DNA of 58,865 bases, counting the filler, from Pristiophorus japonicus (Eukaryota), in NCBI RefSeq assembly GCF_044704955.1. It is 3 parts of 3 records of this genome, joined end to end, with 100 filler letters (N's around TTAATTAATTAA, not from the genome) between each part and the next. Parts side by side here need not be neighbours in the genome. Positions count along the whole stretch, not along the records: positions 32,736 to 58,865 come from NW_027254573.1; 2 more parts are not named here. The stretch is one strand, 5' to 3'. Numbering within the stretch: the stretch's first letter is position 1; every line of letters starts with the position of its first letter. Of the stretch, positions 51,813 to 58,865 are shown in pieces. The notes under the pieces are model-generated. The model was given only the letters and a program-made list of their open reading frames with translations. It was not told where the DNA came from and did not search any database. The position numbers and the translations under genes were made by a program.

Positions 51813-52157
51813 TGGTTACATTGAGCTGGGTTCCGCTCCCGCTGATATCGCCCCACACTTTACAGTAATAGGCGGCAGTGTCACTGGGCTGCACGTCTGT
51901 GACTGTTAGAATGAAGCTGTTATTGGAGGTGTCTCTGGAAGGCTGGAGACGGTCAGTGGAACCTGGGCTCCCTCGTGTGCTGCCACTTGCCTTATGTGTT
52001 AAAACCCACTCCGTATCTTGCCCCGGTAGTTGCCGGTACCAGTGGACATCGGTGTCACTCACTCTGGCGTTCCTCATGGTGCACTGTAACCGCGCCGTGT
52101 GACCCTCTGTGACACATTCCAGGCTCGGAGACTGGGTCAGGACAGGGACAACTGCAC
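51813..52157 (-). CDS. Ig V-set exon with integral J-like strand (VJ-type), copy B; 345 nt, phase 1/1
   Basis: GAVVPVLTQSPSLECVTEGHTARLQCTMRNARVSDTDVHWYRQLPG...RLQPSRDTSNNSFILTVTDVQPSDTAAYYCKVWGDISGSGTQLNVT. Acceptor CCCATTAAAG|; donor A|GTAAGT. Confidence 0.92.
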
Positions 52158-52329
52158 CTTTAATGGGAAAATATCAATCACTTAAAAACCGGTCTGAAGG
52201 TTGATAAATGTCTGAAGTGTTTCAATGAAAACTGCAGGCAGCTCACCTGAGCTTCAGTAAATTCTAAACAAATGATCATTATATGGCCTGATATGAAAAG
52301 CTCCAGGATTTCTTTGCTTCATGCACACA

Positions 52330-53530
52330 GCTGCCTCTGCCACTTCCTCCCCAACCTCCCCGAGTCTTCCTCCCTGATCCCCATCACTGCAGATTCTCCC
52401 CAATCTCCCTCCCATGCCTTCTCTTCACTTATTTCCCAAATGATGCTCACACCCTGGCCCATTGATTTCTTCTCCATACATCTCCTGACTCCTCTTTATC
52501 CCTTACTGTGTAGCTCACACTACTAGTGACTTTCCTCAAACATTCAAAACCAGTCATCAATCCCCTCCTCAAACAAGCCACCCACCCGCCTGTCCTCTCT
52601 GCCTGCTGACCCATCTTCACCTAAACTCCAAGCCCAACCCTCTCAATGCTGCCTGTTCCAATCTGTCCAGTCCAATTCCAGCTCACAGCATTGAAGTGGC
52701 CCTGCCCAAGGTCACACCTGATACCCTACAACACTGACATCCTTATCCATGCTCCTGTCACCTCTGGTCTTGATGGCTCCAATGCTCTCATTGCTGGCCT
52801 CACATCCTCAGTGAACTCGACTGATTTGTCCAAAATACAGTCGCTCATATCCTGTCCCACAGGAAATCCTCCTCACTGTCATCGTACAGAGGCTCCCTGT
52901 CCCTCAATGCACTAAATATAAACTCTTGTCCTCAGCTTCAAATCTCTCACTGCCATGTCCCACCTCCAACCTTCTGTAACCTCCTCCAGGCTGATAACCC
53001 CGGCACTCTTTGCTTCTTTAACTGTGCATTCACTCCCCCTTCCCCTCCCCCCATTGGTGGAAAAGCCTTTCGTTGCCTCAGCCCTACTCTCTGGAGCTCC
53101 CTCGCTAAACCCCTCCATAATGCATTTGCTTCATGGGTTCTTTGCTTTAAGAATTCAGAGCAACACATTATTATCAAGAACGAGTTGGTTTATTAACAAA
53201 GGTTTAACAATCCCACTACACATTAGCAGTTCATCCACTAGGCTCACAACTGCATACCTCATTAAGGTTTTATTGAGTTTTGTGAACATCACGTGACTGG
53301 CTGAGCCACTCACAATGCAACAGCTCCATAAACTTCATATATTACGCCCTCCAACTCTCCACTTCTCTCTCCAACTTTAGAAACTGTTACAAAAACCCAT
53401 CATTTTGACCAGCATTTCCGACACCTCTACCAATTTCTTCCTTGACGGCTTGGTGCCTGTCGCCCTAGTTCCATTGTTGTGAAGCACTTTGAGACAATTA
53501 TGTGAAAGGAGCTTTGTAAATGCAAGTGTT
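52330..53530 (+). mobile_element. Old L2-type LINE fragments
   Basis: ILIHAPVTSGLDGSNALIAGL (L2 ORF2-like) and a degenerate L2 tail near 53480-53530. Confidence 0.55.
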
Positions 53531-54529
53531 TGTTGTCTTCCACCTGCACTGCCTTTATGTCGATCTAATTCCCACTGAAATCACTGTCACACTGACTCAA
53601 TGTCAGACTGGAGGGGCGGTGCTCTGCAGCCAGTGCACAAGCAGCGCGGGATGGGGCAGGCGGTCCGGGTGCAACAGATGCAGCCGGAGAAGACATCTGA
53701 AGTATTTTCAGGTTATGTTGAAAGCCTGCGTGGATTCATTATACCCTGAGAAATATGTAAATAGATGTCACTCAGTCCCATGGTGAATCCCCACGTGTCC
53801 TCACTTGGTGCCTTTTGCTTGCCCGTTTACAATGGACACTTGTGGTCTTCCCAGCTGCTCACCGCAGAATGTCCACTCGAAGCTGGGACAGAGGGACTGA
53901 TTTTTGGAAAGTTGTTTTTTTCCCCTCCATCTCCCGTACTGCTGTTTCTGCATCGTTGTCCGTGCAATAGTTATTTTCTGATGTTTCCTTTTTGCACAGC
54001 TCCCCAGCCACTGTATTGTTGCTGTCAAGCTGTGAATCTCCTCTCTAACCATACTGCTCTGCACGGAGGCTCACTGGGCCTTGCCAGTGGCTCCTGTGGA
54101 TTTGGAGGTGGAAGAGGAGTTCAGGGAGGGGGCAGAATGAGTGATGGACTTGTACCTCAGGTGCCTGGCAGCCACTTGTAATTGGCCCTGACACACCTAG
54201 TTGGCCAAGTCCGTGCAGACCTACACTTGCCACTTCTGCTACACGTGAAAGCCTGCGACACAGTTGGACCTATTATATTCTTGGGTCTCTTACTCTGGAT
54301 CCTTCAGCTTCTAAAGTTTTAGATTCATAGGTGAATCTCCTCGGCCCCAGCAACATCTTCAATGGCTCTGATATACATAGAAGTTACAACATGTGTCACC
54401 TGCCCTAATATCTCCTCATGTGGCTCGGTGTCAAATGTTGTCTGATAACGCTCCTGTGAAGCTCCTTGGGATATTTTACTATGTTAAAGGCGCTGTATAA
54501 ATACAAGTTGTTGTAGCTTGGGGAGGACA

Positions 54530-54730
54530 GAGCCAGATCAGTAATTCCCTCATGTTGGTCCTCTCACCAGCTGCCGCAAGCCCAGTCTGGCAGCAATGTC
54601 CCTCAGGACTCGGCCAGCTTGGTCAGTGCTGGTACTCCCGAGTCTTGGTGATGGACATTGAAGCTGCCTAGCCAGAGTACATTCTGTGCCCTTGCTACCC
54701 TCAGTCCTTTCTCCAAGTGGTGCTTATACA
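54530..54730 (-). mobile_element. LINE AP-endonuclease fragment
   Basis: LRVARAQNVLWLGSFNVHHQ resembles the GDFN motif region. Confidence 0.5.
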
Positions 54731-55053
54731 AAGTGTGCACTTGTCTTTCGAAGTGGTACCTGGCATTGGACACGAGGAAAGAACTTCTTTTGCATAGGCT
54801 TTTTTGAGAAGGCAAAAAAGGTAACGAGACCAGAGCTCTGCAAGGAATCTCGCTGCCAGATGGTCAGAAAATCGTGGGCGGCATCTGCTGAACCTTCCAT
54901 ATACTGTCCCAGTGGGCGAGGCTTCCAACATTACTCCTTTACAGTCACATTCTAGCCGTACATCGATATGTTTGTTTAAATCATAAATTGTCAGTTCACA
55001 GATCTCAGGCTTCCGACCAGGTTGGTCATGTTCTCTCTCTGGGTCACACCCTC

Positions 55054-55850
55054 CCAGACCCACTACAGTCTGTGTGTATTGGGCACATTCCAGGCCCACT
55101 ACAGTCTGTGTGTATTGGGTACATTCCAGGCCCACTACAGTCTGTGTGTATTGGGCACATTCCAGGCCCACTACAGTCTGTGTGTATTGGGCACATTCCA
55201 GACCCACTACAGTCTGTGTGTATTGGGTACATTCCAGACCCACTACAGTCTGTGTGTATTGGGTACATTCCAGACCCACTACAGTCTGTGTGTATTGGGT
55301 ACATTCCAGACCCACTACAGTCTGTGTGTATTGGGTACATTCCAGACCCACTACAGTCTGTGTGTATTGGGTACATTCCAGACCCACTACAGTCTGTGTG
55401 TATTGGGTACATTCCAGACCCACTACAGTCTGTGTGTATTGGGTACATTCCAGACCCACTACAGTCTGTGTGTATTGGGTACATTCCAGACCCACTACAG
55501 TCTGTGTGTATTGGGTACATTCCAGACCCACTACAGTCTGTGTGTATTGGGCACATTCCAGACCCACTACAGTCTGTGTTTATTGGGTACATTCCAGACC
55601 CACTACAGTCTGTGTGTATTGGGTACATTCCAGACCCACCACAGTCTGTGTGTATTGGGTACATTCCAGACCCACTACAGTCTGTGTGTATTGGGTACAT
55701 TCCAGAACCACTACAGTCTGTGTGTATTGGGTACATTCCAGACCCACTACAGTCTGTGTGTATTGGGTACATTCCAGACCCACTACAGTCTGTGTGTATT
55801 GGGTACATTCCAGACACAGTACAGTCTGTGTGTATTGGGTACATTGCAGG
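55054..55850. repeat. 36-bp minisatellite, about 22 nearly identical copies
   Basis: CAGACCCACTACAGTCTGTGTGTATTGGGTACATTC head-to-tail with no spacers. Confidence 0.95.
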
Positions 55851-56059
55851 CCCATGGAAGAGAATCTCACGGGACACCATTATTAAATAGTTTCTGGCTT
55901 TCAACTCCAAAACAAGACGCTGTTCTTTGCCGCCCAGCCATTCAGAAAGCCGATTGCACATTCCTGAATTACATTAGCAAGCTGAAGGATGGTTTATTGC
56001 ATCTTGGAAAGTGTCGAGAGGTCATTTGTTTGTATTGATGAGTGCAGATTTGGTCACTA

Positions 56060-56895
56060 AGAGATGTGACTGCGCACATACAGAGGCTGAACTCCAGGAC
56101 ATAGTCGACATATTTACTGAGGCGTGCGAAAGCATGGGCCTACCGCTAAACATCCATAAGACAAAGGTCCTCCACCAGCCTGTCCTCGCCGCACAGCACT
56201 GTCCCCCAGTCATCAAGATCCACAGCGCAACCCTGGACAAGGTGGATCATTTCCCATACCTTGGGAGCCTCTTATCAACAAAAACAGACATTGACGACAA
56301 GATTCAACACCGCCTCCAGTGCGCCAGTGCAGCCTTCGGCTGCCTGAGGAAAAGTGTGTTCGAAGACCAGGCCCTCAAATCTGCCACTAAGCCCTTGGTC
56401 TACAGGGCTATACGCGCCCTCCCGTGTGGCTGAGAGACATGGACCATGTACAGTAGACCCCTCAAGTCGCTGGTGAAATACCACCAACGATGTCTCCGCA
56501 AGATCCTACAAATCCCCTGGGGGGACAGACACACAAACATTAGTGTCCTCGACCAGGGCAACATCCCCAGCATTGAAGCACTGACCACACTTGATCAGCT
56601 CCGCTGGGCAGGCCACATGGTCCGGATGCCAGACACGAGACTCCTAAAGCAAGCACTATATTGGGAACTCCTGTCCACCTCGAGTCTCATCGCCGAGAGC
56701 ATGCAGAAATCAAGCGCAGGCAATGGAAAGAGCGTGTGGCAAACCTGTCCCACCCTCCCTTACCCTCAACGACTATCTGTCCCACCTGTGACAGGGTCTG
56801 TGATTCTCGTATTGGGCTGTTCAGCCACGGAAGGTCTCATTTTAAGAGAGGAAGCAAGTCTTCCTCGATTCCAAGAGATTGCCTATGATGATGAT
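56060..56895 (+). mobile_element. RTE-clade LINE 3' fragment
   Basis: AHTEAELQDIVDIF...KTKVL...DHFPYLGS...QLRWAGHMVRM; (GAT)n tail. Confidence 0.85.
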
Positions 56896-57220
56896 ATGAT
56901 GTTTTATACATTTACCCTGTCAATGTCCTGATTTTATCAGGTAGGTGTCTGTTATTCCTATTATTGCATTTTTCCTTCAAGATGTATTTTACCATTTAAT
57001 CCTGTGTGTGAGAGTTTTTTCCCACCATGTGCTCACATGTTTTTGTTCAATTAAAAACAAATTGAGTTTGGCCCAGATTTCACCCTCTATTCTATGCTTA
57101 GAACTTCCACTCAGTGTTGTTACTGTAAAAGTGGCAACATTGTACAACATTTTTAAACACGAGATGTTGGTATTGTAACATTATTAGATAGAAAACTGAT
57201 ATAATATAGAAGGTACTTAC

Positions 57221-57574
57221 TGGTTACATTCAATGGGGTTCCATTTCCATAGATTGTTTTCCAAATACCACAGATATAGACCGCGCTGTCTCTGTGCTGC
57301 ACGCCTCTGATGGTCAGAATGTAGCTGTTACTGGCAACATCTCTGGAAAGCTGAAACCGCTCAGAGAAACCGCGTGATCGGTAAATCCTGCCATCTGCAT
57401 AATGAGTAAGTATTTTGTGATTCCTATCTTGTGAGAGGAACCAGTGTACATCATATCTGTCCACACTGTATTGCACTTTGCTTCTCTCCAAGGTACATCG
57501 AAACTGCACCGTCCCACCCTTGGGCACAGTCATAACTTCTGGGGACTGGATAAGAACCGGACTTGCCTTTAGAC
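57221..57574 (-). CDS. Ig V-set exon with integral J-like strand (VJ-type), copy A; 354 nt, phase 1/1
   Basis: GLKASPVLIQSPEVMTVPKGGTVQFRCTLERSKVQYSVDRYDVHWFLSQ...RFQLSRDVASNSYILTIRGVQHRDSAVYICGIWKTIYGNGTPLNVT. Acceptor ATTCACAG|; donor A|GTAAGT. Confidence 0.92.
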
Positions 57575-58284
57575 CTGTGAATAATAAATAACTGATGATC
57601 AGAACAGATGAGGAACCACATAAAGTAATAACTTGAAGCCGAAGCGATTATAAAATTTCCTGTCTGTTTGCGAATGGATATTGTGTATTATCAGTAATTT
57701 GTAGCTGAGTTGTTTCAAACATATCCTGAGCTTAGCTGTCCCACATTGCCCTGTACTGACCAACAATCCCAGTGTGAACAGGCAGCCCAAAAACACACAC
57801 ACTGCAACTGAACTCAGAACTCTTGCTGTGGATATGTTCTTTGCTGCTTTTACCACAGAGGTTGGTATTAAAAGCATAAAATCAGGTAAAAAGTTGCCAG
57901 TTTTAGTAATATTTTGCGATACCCAACACAAGATTCTGATGTAGGTTCAGATACAGAAGGCTCTCGGTCCACTTCATCTCATCCTTCCAGAATTCCAATA
58001 CTACCATCGTCCCATTGCAGCGTCCAGCGGTTTGTAAACCTGTCCCGTGTTCTGGCCTCGCCTGGGAACCTGTTCCAGCTTTTGATCACCGTCTTCAAAT
58101 AACTGAGTCCTGAACTTGGCCTTTACAATCCTGACTGTGCCCTCCTGCTCTGGTTATATCTGAAAGTAGTGTTCTGGGTTTGCTTTAACTTCCTCCACAA
58201 CATGTGGCTGTTCTTCCCATGGAGCACGGGTGCCTCCTGTTTTTTTACTTACAATATTTGTTTTGATTTATTCACTCACAGAAT

Positions 58285-58592
58285 GTATTGCCCACACTTA
58301 ATTTCCTTAGAGAAGAAGGTGGTGAGCCACCTTATACAACTGAGAGGCTTGCTGGGGGGGGGGGGCGCTGAGGGGGCGGTATTTCAGAGGGCAGTTAAGA
58401 GGACTGTGGATCTGGAGTCACATATCAGTCAGCATAAGGGAGGCAGATTTCCTTCCCTAAAGAACATTCGTGGACCAGATGGGTTTTTATGACAATCCAG
58501 TAGTTTCATGGTCACCATTATTGATAATAGTTTTTTATTCCAGATTTATTTACTAACTGAATTTAAATTCCCCAGCAGCGGTGGTGGGATCA
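58285..58592 (-). mobile_element. HE1-like / V-type SINE fragment
   Basis: GGCAGATTTCCTTCCCTAAAG...GGGTTTTTATGACAATC...CATGGTCACCATTA resembles shark SINE cores (recalled similarity); related pieces near 26930-27120. Confidence 0.5.
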
Positions 58593-58599
58593 CTGCTTC

Positions 58600-58865
58600 T
58601 CATCCGAAAGCAAGGAAGCAAGACAGACAAAGAGAAGCAGAACAGAGCGAGAAACAAAAGAAGACGAGGAGAGAGAGGCAAAACAGGAGGGGGGAGGGGG
58701 GGAGAGGGAGAGAGAGGCAAAACAGGAGGGGGAGGGGGGAGGGGGGGAGAGGAGGGGAGAGGAGGGGGGAGAGGAGGGGGGAGGGAGAGGAGGGGGGGAG
58801 GAGGGGGGAGGGAGAGGGGGGGGGAGGGAGAGGAGGGGGGGGAGGAGGGGAGGGAGAGGAGGGGG
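58600..58865. repeat. GA-rich low-complexity tract
   Basis: (GGAGGGGGGAGA)-type repeats to the window end. Confidence 0.85.

Noticed and set aside
52240-52295. CAG|GTGAGC donor just upstream of VJ copy B as a leader exon end
   Set aside because: The ATG-initiated frame (MIICLEFTEAQ) ends in phase 0, incompatible with the phase-1 V exon, and is not signal-like.
55054-55850. CRISPR-like 36-bp repeat array
   Set aside because: Units are head-to-tail with no unique spacers, there are no cas genes, and the context is vertebrate.
57599-58170. Possible leader or TM exon for VJ copy A (VLSSVAVCVFLGCLFTLGLLV; MKWTESLLYLNLHQNLVLG)
   Set aside because: No candidate combined a good start or acceptor, a signal-peptide profile and a strong phase-1 donor; left uncalled.

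Overview
Repeat-rich vertebrate genomic DNA, almost certainly from a cartilaginous fish (shark-type CR1, L2, RTE and Tx1 LINEs; Deu-domain and V-type SINEs). Two identical artificial 100-nt spacers (44 N + TTAATTAATTAA + 44 N) split the window into three segments that may be unrelated contigs. Segment 1 (1-16001): coding exon 1 and promoter of a clathrin light chain gene, plus a 6.4-kb class I endogenous retrovirus with about 99% identical LTRs, a 4-bp TSD and a tRNA-Leu PBS, but internally deleted pro/RT/IN/env. Segment 2 (16102-32635, GC-rich): NUDT16 exons 1-2 and the last four coding exons of NAA10, among many TE-derived minisatellites. Segment 3 (32736-58865): a nest of CR1 LINEs including one near-intact two-ORF copy, and three same-strand, phase 1/1 Ig V-set exons. 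Each of these exons already contains a J-like G strand (C-x-[VI]-W-x-x-I-[YS]-G-x-G-T-x-L-N-V-T), has the same CDR3 length and lacks an RSS. They look like a non-rearranging, germline VJ-type antigen-receptor-like cluster and are the best candidate for an undescribed system. Two housekeeping promoters are built from tandem arrays of TF sites (GC-box/E-box and GC-box/CCAAT).
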